Positions 45,301 to 58,549 of a stretch of DNA of 64,000 bases are shown here, in pieces (the stretch's first letter is position 1; each line of letters starts with the position of its first letter). The stretch spans positions 5,652 to 69,651 of the forward strand of contig NIVC01003920.1 in NCBI GenBank assembly GCA_002269645.1, written 5' to 3'. The stretch is from Macrostomum lignano. Lineage: Eukaryota. The notes under the pieces were generated by a model. That model was not told where the DNA came from and made no database searches. It worked only from the letters and a program-made list of their open reading frames with translations. The translations under genes were made by a program, and so were the position numbers.

Positions 45301-47703
45301 GCGTTGAGACGCACTGAGTAGAGCCTGGGTCTAGAGGCGTTGGGACGCACTGAGTAGAGCCTGGATCTAGAGGCGTTGGGACGCACTGAGTAGAGCCTGG
45401 ATCTAGAGGCGTTGGGACGCACTGAGTAGAGCCTGAGACTAGAGGCGCTGGGACGCACTGAGTAGAGCCTGAGACTAGAGGCGTTGGGATGCACAGAGTA
45501 GAGCCTGGGCCTAGGGGCCGTTGGGACGCACAAAGTAGAGCCTGGGCCTAGAGGCGCTGGGAACCGCCATGGACCTTATGAGTACAGTTACGAGTATGGC
45601 AGCTACTGTAGATCTCGAATGTCTCAAGCGTAGGACGCACTGACGATACTCACTACTATAGATATATGAGTAAATGAAGGTCAGGCCTATAGTAGCGGGT
45701 CTGGCAATCCCGAAAGATTTTTCGCGTGTTTGCGGCCAAGGTAGAGCAAAAAATTCTGAATTCGCGATACAAGCCGAGGTTAGCGGGAGAGGCCAGCCAG
45801 ACGGAGAAATAAATGGGTCCATGAGGTCCATGGTCCGCCAATTGCCCGCAGACGAGTTGCCCGTCGAGATTTGCCCGCAGTGCAATTTGCCCTCGAGTGA
45901 ATTGCCCGCGAGCGAATTGCCCACTGAGTTTTTTCCCGCCGAGGATTGCCCGCAATGCTTTTTTTCCAGCAGCGCATTTGGCAGCTATAGCTTCTGTCTG
46001 CATTGCCCCCCCCCCAAAAAAAAATATGCATTTGATATGCAGTTACTATCAAAACGTTTTGATCGGGTAAATCTCTTTATTAAGACCTACAAAGCATTGG
46101 GGAGACAATGCAGACAAAATCTGCCGCGTGGCTAAATGCGCAACTGCTTATTGCTTGACGTACACCGCTGAGATTAGGAGCCAGGATCGATGTTATCGAA
46201 TGAAGTTTCAAAAACTGGGTGCTCCAAATACCACCAATAATGCATAGAGCTCTTCGCCGGATGAACCGCAGGGATTCTCCTGTTCGCTGCCATCATCTTC
46301 GCCTGGGAGACTCGCACCGTGCAGCTGGATGCCGTCAACGACTCAAAGAAGATCGGAGTCTGTGTGTACAACACCACCGTGCTGGCGCTCATCGGGGTCG
46401 TCGTGGCCTTCGTGCTGCCCGACTCCAGCTATGAGCTGCGGCTGATTCTTGTCGCCATTTGCACCTGCGGCTGCGCCACCATCACGCTGGCCCTGGTGTT
46501 CGGCACGAAGGTGAGCTGCCCCGCCCGTGGCACCTGGGGCTCTGCTTCTCTGGGGTGCTTGCTTTATACCTAGAAGAGAATCCCCTTAGTCCCCCTCCCG
46601 CTAGTCTGTTGTTAATCCATCTGTAGCCGATGTATCTCAACCCCCTCCCCGCTAGTCTGTTGTTAATCCATCTGCAGCCGATGTATCTCAACCCCCCTCC
46701 CCGCTAGTCTGTTGTTAATCCATCTGCAGCCGATGTATCTCAACCCCCCTCCCCGCTAGTCTGTTGTTAATCCATCTGCAGCCGATGTATCTCAACCCCC
46801 CTCCCCGCTAGTCTGTTGTTAATCCATCTGCAGCCGATGTATCTCAACCCCCCTCCCCGCTAGTCTGTTGTTAATCCATCTGCAGCCGATGTATCGCAAC
46901 CCCCCTCCCCGCTAGTCTGTTGTTAATCCATCTGTAGCCGATGTATCTCAACCCCCTCCCCGCTAGTCTGTTGTTAATCCATCTGCAGCCGATGTATCTC
47001 AACCCCCTCCCGCTAGTCTGTTGTTAATCCATCTGCAGCCGATGTATCTCAACCCCCTCCCCGCTAGTCTGTTGTTAATCCATCTGCAGCCGATGTATCT
47101 CAACCCCCTCCCCGCTAGTCTGTTGTTAATCCATCTGCAGCCGATGTATCTCAACCCCCCTCCCCGCTAGTCTGTTGTTAATCCATCTGCAGCCGATGTA
47201 TCGCAACCCCCCTCCCCGCTAGTCTGTTTTTAACCCATCTGCAGCCGATGTATCGCGACCCCCTCCCCGCTAGTCTGTTGTTAATTCATCTGCAGCTGAT
47301 GTATCGCGACCCCCTCCCCGCTAGTCTGTTGTTAATTCATCTGCAGCCGATGTATCGCAATTCCCCTCCCCGCTAGTCTGTTGTTAATTCATCTGCAGCC
47401 GATGTATCGCAATTCCCCTCCCCGCTAGTCTGTTGTTAATTCATCTGCAGCCGATGTATCGCAATTCCCCTCCCCGCTAGTCTGTTGTTAATTCATCTGC
47501 AGCCGATGTATCGCAATTCCCCTCCCCGCTAGTCTGTTGTTAATTCATCTGCAGCCGATGTATCGCAACCCCCCTCCCAGGTGCACGCCATCTGGCGCCT
47601 CAGGCCCAACCGCATCGATGCCCAAGAGGCTCTGGAGACGGTGGACGGCCAGACCTCAAAGGCCAACACCGCCGGGTCGACGAGTGCGGCCGACACTTGC
47701 TAA
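33371..47703 (+). CDS. GABA-B-receptor-like class C GPCR (Venus flytrap + 7TM_3), 14 exons, 757 aa
   Basis: Exons 33371-33589, 33795-33968, 39152-39322, 39547-39648, 39735-39809, 40558-40749, 41128-41364, 41757-41820, 42576-42653, 43070-43452, 43526-43648, 43874-43967, 46272-46510, 47581-47703. All GT-AG, phases consistent, 2274 nt. Signal peptide; LLLGPAFS, YPYFVRL, GPVRFDRRGDR, IKMSSPLVN, AKTWWVHRIF, AWETR, NDSKKIG motifs. Confidence 0.9.
34096..38544 (+). mobile_element. Ty3/Gypsy (Mag-like) LTR retrotransposon, full-length but disabled, in GPCR intron 2
   Basis: TG...CA LTRs 34096-34388 and 38348-38544; 5-bp TSD ATCTC at 34091-34095 and 38545-38549; PBS-like TGGCGTCGC at 34390; PPT AAGGGGGAAGG at 38337-38347. 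Gag with double zinc knuckle, protease LDTGA, RT YIDDV, RNase H DAS/TDHKPL, integrase DNG...ERLVRTVKE. In-frame TAA at 36472 and frameshifts near 37236 and 37855. Confidence 0.96.
38930..39055. repeat. ~28-bp repeat, ~4 copies, intronic
   Basis: AAATAGGCCGTCATCGGCTCCGTCTCTC-like units. Confidence 0.8.
41846..42575. repeat. 60-bp minisatellite, ~12 copies, filling GPCR intron 8 up to the acceptor
   Basis: Unit CTATTTGCCACTGTAGGCTGTGTACCAAGTAGCAAGTGGGGAGCTAAAATATCTGCAATC; last unit ends TTATTTGTCACAG. Confidence 0.97.
44062..45570. repeat. 36-bp minisatellite, ~41 copies, GPCR intron 12
   Basis: Unit GAGTAGAGCCTGGGTCTAGAGGCGTTGGGACGCACT. Confidence 0.97.
45838..45956. repeat. Degenerate ~15-bp repeats of the (A/G)ATTGCCC motif, typical of MITE subterminal arrays
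   Basis: About 8 TT(G/C)CCC motifs in 120 bp. Confidence 0.5.
46597..47577. repeat. 51-52-bp minisatellite, ~19 copies, GPCR intron 13 up to the acceptor
   Basis: Unit GCTAGTCTGTTGTTAATCCATCTGCAGCCGATGTATCTCAACCCCCCTCCCC; last unit ends CCTCCCAG|GTGCAC. Confidence 0.97.
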
Positions 47704-48321
47704 GAGTTGAATTGAAGATTGACACAGTCTGAAACTCTTGCAGATTTTGAGACCATATGGAGACGTCACTGACAGCCCCAGACTGAACGGGGGTAAATAC
47801 ACAGCTCGCTGGAATGGCCAGCAGCTTAGCATAGTCTCTTGCACAGCATAGAGTTCCTAGCAGCACTCGGCATTCCAATCTGCGCGAAGAGCCTCACTGG
47901 CGCCTTGGTTATCTCCAATACTATCGATTCAAATTATTGCAATGCATTATGAAGGTAAAAAATCTTATTAAGAACATGAAGGATGCAAAAGTAGTCGCCT
48001 GTGCTCACGAGTTCAGCAGTTGAGTTTTCCGATGAAATTATAATTAGTAAACCAAAGTAGCTATAAGAGCATGCAGCTGCTGTTCGCCATCAACTTGTGC
48101 ATTCGAAATTGAACTAGAGTCAGTGACGTTCATTTCAAGATTGGACTCTGTGACCAGAAGCAGTATTTCTGTGACCAGTAAGGCCCTGATTTAGTTGTAA
48201 TGATTTCTCCATCATCACCAGCGCGGCAATCTCGAAATGCTCAGCAGTAACCTCGGGCACCGAGGAAATCGTCAAGACATCAGCATGTCGAAATAAATTC
48301 ATAATTTCTCTCTAGTTGAGG

Positions 48322-48663
48322 TCGTCAGCTGTCATGGCCTTCTAGCCAATCCCCAGTTTTCATGTACTTCTAGCCAATCATCAGCTGTCAAGGATTTCTA
48401 GCCAATCATCAGCTGTCATGGACTTCTAGCCAATCATCAGCTGTCAAGGATTTCTAGCCAATCATCAGCTGTCATGGACTTCTAGCCAATCGTCAGCTGT
48501 CATGGACTTCTAGCCAATCATCAGCTGTCATGGATTTCTAGCCAATCATCAGCTGTCATGGATTTCTAGCCAATCATCAGCTGTCATGGATTTCTAGCCA
48601 ATCATCAGCTGTCAAGGATTTCTAGCCAATCATCAGCTGTCATGGATTTCTAGCCAATCATCA
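48322..48663. repeat. 28-bp minisatellite, ~12 copies, each with CCAAT and CAGCTG
   Basis: Unit TCTAGCCAATCATCAGCTGTCATGGATT. Confidence 0.93.
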
Positions 48664-49519
48664 TCTCGACAGACATTTGGAGTTTCTGAAGACATTTACG
48701 AGGGGTGTCCATATTTGTACTGCTTCTGCTGCGTGGTTTTTGTCTTGTGTTTGGGCCACAGACATGCTCATAAAAGTGGTGATTTTTCTTAAAAATTTTT
48801 CGCACAGCGTAAAGTTCAAGCTGCTCTTTGGCATAATTTTTGGCTGCCCAACTTCTGTCAGTTGTGTCCTTACCAACTGCACTCGTTTGTTCATAACTCA
48901 TCAAAGCTAAATTCCATTCATAAATTTCCTAAAATATGTTACTCACAGATGCTCTCACTATGATTTAAAGGCTTTTTTATTGATATTGTTGTAGCCAGAC
49001 ATGTGCCACATCAAATATTCCCACAACTTTCGGACACCCCTCGTTTAACTACTGAAAAAATTCTACGTACCTGTGCCTCTTCGTTTGATTGCAACTGAAA
49101 AGCTCCGAGATCAGGGCCTCTGGCATTTCTGCTGTTTATAGTTCCTATTGTTTCAGAACTATGAGCTAGAATGCTTTGAAATATTCAGATCCTTGAGTCG
49201 AAGTCAGCTACTTGGAGCTGACAAGTGTTGAAGGACTCGGTCAGTTCTCATTGCTTTCCGATGCCGCTCTGCCGTGCTGAAAATTCGCTGCTCACAAAAG
49301 CAACGCCAATACCTGCACGAACTGCTCAGTGCACAAATCGATCCCGAGCATTCGCGCTGCCCACGGTCGATTGAGTAGCCATGCAGCTCAGAGCGGCTCT
49401 TCCTCAGCTCGCCTCCCCAGCTACGCCCACCGCTGCGCAGCTGACGGAAGGGCGACCGCCTCTCCATATCCAGTCAGTTCGGTGAGTTTGTGAATTCCTG
49501 GAAACTGTTGAGACGAGAG

Positions 49520-49740
49520 AAGCAATCAACGGCCGCGCTGCTTTCTACTCGCTGAGAAATTCACTGAAATCAACGGCCGCGCTGCTTTCTACTCGCTGAG
49601 AAATTCACTGAAATCAACCGCCGCGCTGCTTTCTACTCGCTGAGGAATTCACTGAAATCAACGGCCGCGCTGCTTTCTACTCGCTGAGAAATTCACTGAA
49701 ATCAACGGCCGCGCTGCCTTCTGCTCGCTGAGAAATGCTT
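49520..49740. repeat. 44-bp minisatellite, ~5 copies
   Basis: Unit AATCAACGGCCGCGCTGCTTTCTACTCGCTGAGAAATTCACTGA. Confidence 0.93.
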
Positions 49741-50009
49741 CCGTGATTCGCAGCTACACGTACTTGATTCAGTCGGAGATGACAATGTGAATTGTTTGCT
49801 TCACGGCTTCTCTGATTTATTCGTGCAAACAGCTTTCTTCCTACTAGTGGTAAGCTTTCTAAGTTCGAACGCACCCGGTAAGAGCTGAGGCCATCAACAA
49901 TGCCGTTTCTATGCTGAAAATATGTTATAAGCTACAAATTAGCTGAAACAATGAATGGCCAAGCATTGCAGAATCGCACTGAGTCAGCGGCATCTGCACC
50001 AGCCTGCGA

Positions 50010-52805
50010 ATGACCGCCTGGCGGCTGCCCTGCTGGCTCCTCACTGCCGCCCTGTGCTTGCGCGCCACATCAGTGGCCGGATACACAAGTGAGTCCAGCG
50101 CAGTATTTAATGCAAAAGCACTTCATGCTTGGACCACTGGCTTATTATTGTACCAAGATCATTGAAACTACATCAGCAGGAAAGTAGCTCGTAGTTCGAT
50201 TGGAGGTTGGCTGACAAAGTTACAGTTTTGACAAAAAGCATTTTGGAGACCGGTAAGACGCAAAATCACAAAGTGACTCTAAGCCGAAAGCACATCGAAT
50301 GGAAATTTGCAACAAAAATATCAACCAAAAATACAGAAATCCGATTGATTTTGAAAAAAAAATATGTGGGAAAATTAGCTCCTCTGAGAGCGGCCCGGCA
50401 CTGCATGGTTCTTCGCCTTTAAACAATTAAACGCTATTATCTAGCACGGGTGATTTAGCGACTCAATTTCAGCTCTTTCGAGCTATTCCAGCGGCTTTGA
50501 GAGCCTTCAGAGGAACATTTAGGCCAGTCTGATAGTTTTAAATGTACATCACGTCGACTCATGTATCCAGCGGTGCTGATCTCATCCGTAATGCTCAGAG
50601 CACATCCATTCAATCGCTCACAAAATCAGAGTCAGATTGCTACTTCCCGTTTCTCTACAACGGCACTGAGTACTCCTACTGTACTCGAAATGCGTACCAC
50701 GTGCTCTGGTGCTCGCTCGACCGGGTGTACAAGGGCCGCTGGGCTGTCTGCGGACCGGAGGTGCCCAAGAAAGTGCTCGACAGCATACGGGCAGCCGTTG
50801 ACGAGGTCGGCAAGGAGAAGGCCAAACTGGCTCAGGAACAGAGCGACATCGACAAAATGGCGAAGTCCGTAGCGCAGCTCTCGGCTGCCAACCAGATGGG
50901 TGAGTGCAGCTTCTTTTCTTTTCTTTCTTTTTCTTCAGGGCTCCTCCGTATCCGGCTCTGCCGATCTAGAGGGGGACAGGCGCTCCATGCTGCGAAGTAG
51001 GCCGATGATGGCCTCCGGGACTCCATCAAGTCCTCGGAGGCGAGCCCATGGACTGCCCGGTAGCGGTCGCCACGGGGGCAGTCGTGTAGGATGTGGCGCA
51101 CCGTGTCCTCCGCGCCGCAATCGGGACAGGCAGCAGAGTCCGCGATGCCAAGCCTGTGGCGGGTGCTGAAGTTAATCATGCTGGCGCCAGCGCGGAGCTG
51201 ATTTATCAGCACCTGGAGGCGGCGTGGGAGGTGGGCCGGTGGTGGTTTGGCCGGTGCCGCGTAGTCGGCGTCCATGGCCCGGTGGCGGCGGCGGCGGAGG
51301 GCTGTCCTAGCCGCTTGAAGCTGGAGCGGCACGTGTTGTTGGTCGAGGGCGGCCGCTTCCGTCGGTAGCGATGGTGACAGACGGGGGGCATCGTTGGAGA
51401 GAAGTGAAAAAACTTGGCTTACGTTGGCAGTAGCCAGAAAACCCTTGCACGAAAACTCCAACTGTAGCGACTTTTATATTTGACAACGATTTTATAAAAA
51501 GGACTAAGAACGCGAAGTAACAACTGTACGAGTGTAAATGAGTACGCGTCAATGTACGCACAACGAAAGTACTGAGAGGAGATAAAATAACCAGAGCCGC
51601 GCAACACCAAAAATACACACAAACAACCCAGCCCCAACCCCAAACAAGCGACACCCGCCACACGCCACCACAAGAAGGAGCCTTAGGGCCTCGCGGATGG
51701 CGACCAGCTCCGCCGTAAAGCTGCTGCACCAGGCTCCGGCGGGTACGCAGTGGCGGGTGCCAGGGGCCTCCCATTGAGCGATGGCCGCTCCCCGCCGTTC
51801 CGCGAGCCTTCGCCGACGGACCCGTCGGTCCAGAGTGCAGCATCTGCTACAGCTGCTGCTGGCTTTGGAACATGAAATTCGCTCTGAAACATATTTAAAT
51901 TATATTGACCAAGTACCGTTCCTGGGTCGGGGCTGGTAGTTCAAGGTTTGGGTCGGCAATTTCCAGATGAGGGCTGTGTTCCTGGTTCAATTTAGAAATC
52001 CTACCTACATGTACCTACCTAGTATTTTTCCACTACACTTACTGTACACGAATTTCGCCTCGATGCCGCGTCAGATTGTCACTCCTGCGCCCTCTCATCC
52101 ACTTCCTGCCTTGCCTGCAGCCCACAGCAACAAATCGGCAGCCATCAACGCACTCGACCAACGCCTGGCGGCCCTCAACCGCTCCCTGTTGCAGATGGAG
52201 CTGGAGCAGCGCAACCTGGATCATGTGAGACGAACATTGGAAGCTCAATTTTGATTCGTTGAAAGCCCCGGCTCTGCAAAATCAACAATACTAACTAGAT
52301 TTTAATCGCCGATTCACAGCGTGCGGCCAATCAGGAGTCGCTGCGACCGCTGGAGATCGGCACGATGATCCTGCTGACCGTGTCTGTCATCACCATGGGT
52401 GTCCTGCTGTATGTATTCCACTGCTGCTCCAGCCGCAAGGGTGACGGCGGCGGCCCGAGCCCGTCGCTGCCGGAGACGCCGCAGCTGAGCTGTCTTGCGC
52501 TGCGCCGGGTGCAGCCGCCTGCAGATTCGACGGCCGAATCGGAGGTGGCAGCGGCGTCGACGCGACAGGTGGAGAGCGCAAAGAAATTTCCCGGCCACTT
52601 CTATCACCTGACCGTTGATGAGGTGGACGAGGAGGCTGGCGATGAGGAAGAGACCGAGGATGATGATGAAGTGGATACGGGAGACGACGCCAGCAGCGAG
52701 CAGCACAGCAGAGCAGCAGCGGCCCTGTCCTCGGCCGCCCCTCCAGCCCAGCAGGCTGCTGGAGAGGCCAGCCGCAAGCGGGGCAGCAGGTTCCTCAACA
52801 GGTGA
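50010..52805 (+). CDS. Type I membrane protein: signal peptide, fibronectin type II domain, coiled coil, TM, acidic cytoplasmic tail (312 aa)
   Basis: Exons 50010-50088, 50630-50899, 52121-52224, 52320-52805; phases consistent, 939 nt. FN2 pattern CYFPFLYNGTEYSYCTRNAYHVLWCSLDRVYKGRWAVC; heptad-like LDSIRAAVDEV...LDQRLAALNRSLLQMELE; TM MILLTVSVITMGVLLYVF; DEVDEEAGDEEETEDDDE. Confidence 0.85.
50910..51860 (-). mobile_element. I/Ingi-group non-LTR retrotransposon 3' fragments (RNase H, CCHC, A-rich tail) in intron 2 of the FN2 gene
   Basis: Minus strand: ALWTDGSVGEG and PAGAWCSSFTAELVAIREAL (RNase H, 51680-51850); INQLRAG..CPDCGAEDTVRHILHDCP (CCHC, ~51070-51210); (AAAAG)n tail at 50910-50935. 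An unrelated segment at ~51390-51680 interrupts it. Confidence 0.8.
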
Positions 52806-52934
52806 TGCACCTGCCTCACACCAGCTGACAGCCATCCGGCACGCATCGCTAATCCAATTGATTTTGTGAATTCACCTGACCTGACTGATCGGTTTGCCGC
52901 TTTGCTTTTCTGCGACAGATTAGAAATTCATTGA

Positions 52935-53980
52935 GTTAGTTCTCATGCAAGCTGCTGCACCTGAACAGAATTCCACCGATTAGTTCTCATGCAAGCTGCT
53001 GCGCCTGAACAGAATTCCACCGATTAGTTCTCATCCAAGCTGCTGCGCCTGAACAGAATTCCACCGATTAGTTCTCATGCAAGCTGCTGCGCCTGAACAG
53101 AATTCCACCGATTAGTTCTCATCCAAGCTGCTGCGCCTGAACAGAATTCCACCGATTAGTTCTCATGCAAGCTGCTGCGCCTTAACAGAATTCCACCGAT
53201 TAGTTCTCATCCAAGCTGCTGCGCCTGAACAGAATTCCACCGATTAGTTCTCATCCAAGCTGCTGCGCCTGAACAGAATTCCACCGATTAGTTCTCATCC
53301 AAGCTGCTGCGCCTGAACAGAATTCCACCGATTAGTTCTCATCCAAGCTGCTGCGCCTGAACAGAATTCCACCGATTAGTTCTCATCCAAGCTGCTGCGC
53401 CTGAACAGAATTCCACCGATTAGTTCTCATCCAAGCTGCTGCGCCTGAACAGAATTCCACCGATTAGTTCTCATCCAAGCTGCTGCGCCTGAACAGAATT
53501 CCACCGATTAGTTCTCATCCAAGCTGCTGCGCCTGAACAGAATTCCACCGATTAGTTCTCATCCAAGCTGCTGCGCCTGAACAGAATTCCACCGATTAGT
53601 TCTCATCCAAGCTGCTGCGCCTGAACAGAATTCCACCGATTAGTTCTCATCCAAGCTGCTGCGCCTGAACAGAATTCCACCGATTAGTTCTCATCCAAGC
53701 TGCTGCGCCTGAACAGAATTCCACCGATTAGTTCTCATCCAAGCTGCTGCGCCTGAACAGAATTCCACCGATTAGTTCTCATCCAAGCTGCTGCGCCTGA
53801 ACAGAATTCCACCGATTAGTTCTCATCCAAGCTGCTGCGCCTGAACAGAATTCCACCGATTAGTTCTCATCCAAGCTGCTGCGCCTGAACAGAATTCCAC
53901 CGATTAGTTCTCATCCAAGCTGCTGCGCCTGAACAGAATTCCACCGATTAGTTCTCATCCAAGCTGCTGCGCCTGAACAG
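52935..53980. repeat. 44-bp minisatellite, ~24 highly homogeneous copies
   Basis: Unit GATTAGTTCTCATCCAAGCTGCTGCGCCTGAACAGAATTCCACC. Confidence 0.97.
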
Positions 53981-53989
53981 AGCCCACAA

Positions 53990-54101
53990 CTGCTCCAATC
54001 AAGTATCTTGCTCAATGACACAAATTGTTCCAGTGGGATCGGGAATCGAACCCCGACCTTCAAGTAGTTGAGTCCCACGCTCTAATCACTGGGCTATAAC
54101 C
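53990..54101 (-). mobile_element. tRNA-derived SINE head with CORE-like segment
   Basis: Minus strand GGTTATAGCCCAGTGATTAGAGCG (A box)...GGGGTTCGATTCCC (B box), then TGTGTCATTGAGCAAGATACTT, similar to the CORE-SINE TGTG.CCTTGGGCAAG.CACTT motif. Acceptor stem does not pair, so it is not a functional tRNA. Confidence 0.75.
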
Positions 54102-54940
54102 CTACTAGGCTATACAACCTTCTGCTAGGCAAAATTTTAATCGATACAAAAAAATTACAGGCTCCAATGCTTTACTCGTACTAAATTATTTGGGTGAAAG
54201 TTGAACTCGTACCTACAGTACTCAAGCCAAGAGATATTTAGTTAATTAGCTGTAGCACATGTCATTTCTGTATTATGATATGAAATATAAAGTGCAATCA
54301 TCACTGAAATAACAGGCTATGATAAGCTCTACGAGCCTACCAACCACTGCAGTTACTGGCGAATGATATCGCACGCACGGTACAGAAAATGCACAGTAAA
54401 ACAAAACAAAATAAAATTCAAAGAAGAACCCAAATTCGATTTTATAACATTTACTAACTATAGAGCAGGATCTAACTCAGTTCGACAATAGCCTTGTATT
54501 TTCTTTAATAATATGTAAGTCTTCATTGAAACTTAGCATTACAGAGCATGGGGAGGGGGTGGCTGTCTGTGCCAATCCAGCACGTCAGGCAGCAGCTTCA
54601 ATCTTTACTGAGATGAAAAACCGCAGGAACGGGCAATGAGAAGCATTTCATTAGTCTACGAAAATGTTAGAATTATTTATTCACTAACGCTGATACGAAA
54701 AGTCTCGGCCCAGTTCCGACTAAAATAAAAAAGTGCTGGCAAAAAATTACATCAAAAGCACAGCTAAGCAAACCCTACAAACAGCTGAATGGCTCGAGCT
54801 GAAGCTCTGAGCCACAGGACTGTCTTGGCTTGTCAGACTTGACCTAATTTCATTCGCATTTCTATGCTGCATTTTTGAGAACAAAAATGCCTCTTCACTC
54901 TACAACAAAAACTTGTCAGCCTGGGTCTCACAGCAGCAGC

Positions 54941-57449
<2,509 letters not shown>

Positions 57450-57492
57450 TTAGAAGCACAGGTATTGCTTGAGTATTGAAAGCAATTCCCAA

Positions 57493-57693
57493 GTTATCAA
57501 GCAACTTTTTCAATTGATTTAAAACAACATTTTGCTTTATTACTTTGGCATGGATAGAGTATAGTGCTCATTAAACTAGTTTATAGGGTTATCAAGCAAC
57601 TTTTTCAATTGATTCAAAACAACATTTTGCTTTATTACTTTGGCATGGATAGAGTATAGTGCTCATTAAACTAGTTTATAGGGTTATCAAGCA
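57493..57693. repeat. 95-bp tandem duplication (2 copies + 11 bp) just upstream of the DLD ATG
   Basis: GTTATCAAGCA recurs at 57493, 57588 and 57683; the copies differ by about one base. Confidence 0.9.
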
Positions 57694-58549
57694 TTGGGGT
57701 TGCAACTAATTATATTGTAGCAAGTTTCTAAAGGACTACAAAGAAATTGTTCAGCCATCACCGAGTTAGCATTTATATAACCATTTTTGATAGTTAGCAT
57801 AAAATTGCAAAAATCAAACATTTTGCATGCCTTTCATAGAAAAAAATTAAATATTCTATAGCTCGTATTCTATGCATATGAAGTATACCATAGTTATCAA
57901 TACAAGCTTCATATAACATGATCTTGATATTCTATTCCTACAAATGCTATTTTCATAGTGTAGTTATCTTATTAATGAAAATAAAGATCAAGATCAGTTC
58001 ATTAATACTTGAAATGACACAAAAATATCTGATGATCTAATTTTATTTTTGATATTATACCTATAAATAAATACTATATTTAATGCTGATATACATTCAA
58101 ATTTTAATGCAAAATCAGGCTTTTTTAATTAAATGTTTTAGTCATTAATTGATTGATATTTCATAACCTTTACTCTGCTAAGAAACTGATTTTTCTCTAC
58201 TAGTTAAATTTTATTTGTTTTGTTCTAGGTTAATTATGTAATTTTATTATACTAGTATTAGATAACTTTTTGGAAATTACTATGTCAAGAATACTATCAA
58301 GCATTCAATTTTAGGTTAATTAAAGTCATTCTTAATTGTCAATCATTCTAAAAAGAAGGCACAAAAGTTCCTATTGTCCTCATTTATTGTACCCCATTAA
58401 CTTTATCTCACTATTTATTATAAGCGTGAAAAATTATATTTTTAGAAAACTTTTTTATATCATATGGTTATACTTAAAATACAATTTTATATATTAATAG
58501 GTCTAATAATATATATAGACAAGGGCATCAAAAGACATCAAAGGGCATC

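Noticed and set aside
44031-45533. 500-aa minus-strand ORF, and similar long ORFs over 12484-13030, 14714-15793, 17351-17698, 22023-22508, 41815-42651 and 63272-63683
   Set aside because: They are translations of minisatellites whose unit lacks a stop in that frame; most are intronic to well-supported genes.
49200-49480. Exon-like GC-rich segment with a GTGAG donor upstream of the FN2 gene
   Set aside because: No recognisable protein or partner exon; possibly a UTR exon but unsupported.
52935-53980. CRISPR-like appearance of the regular arrays
   Set aside because: Units are head-to-tail with no unique spacers, there are no cas genes, and the context is eukaryotic.
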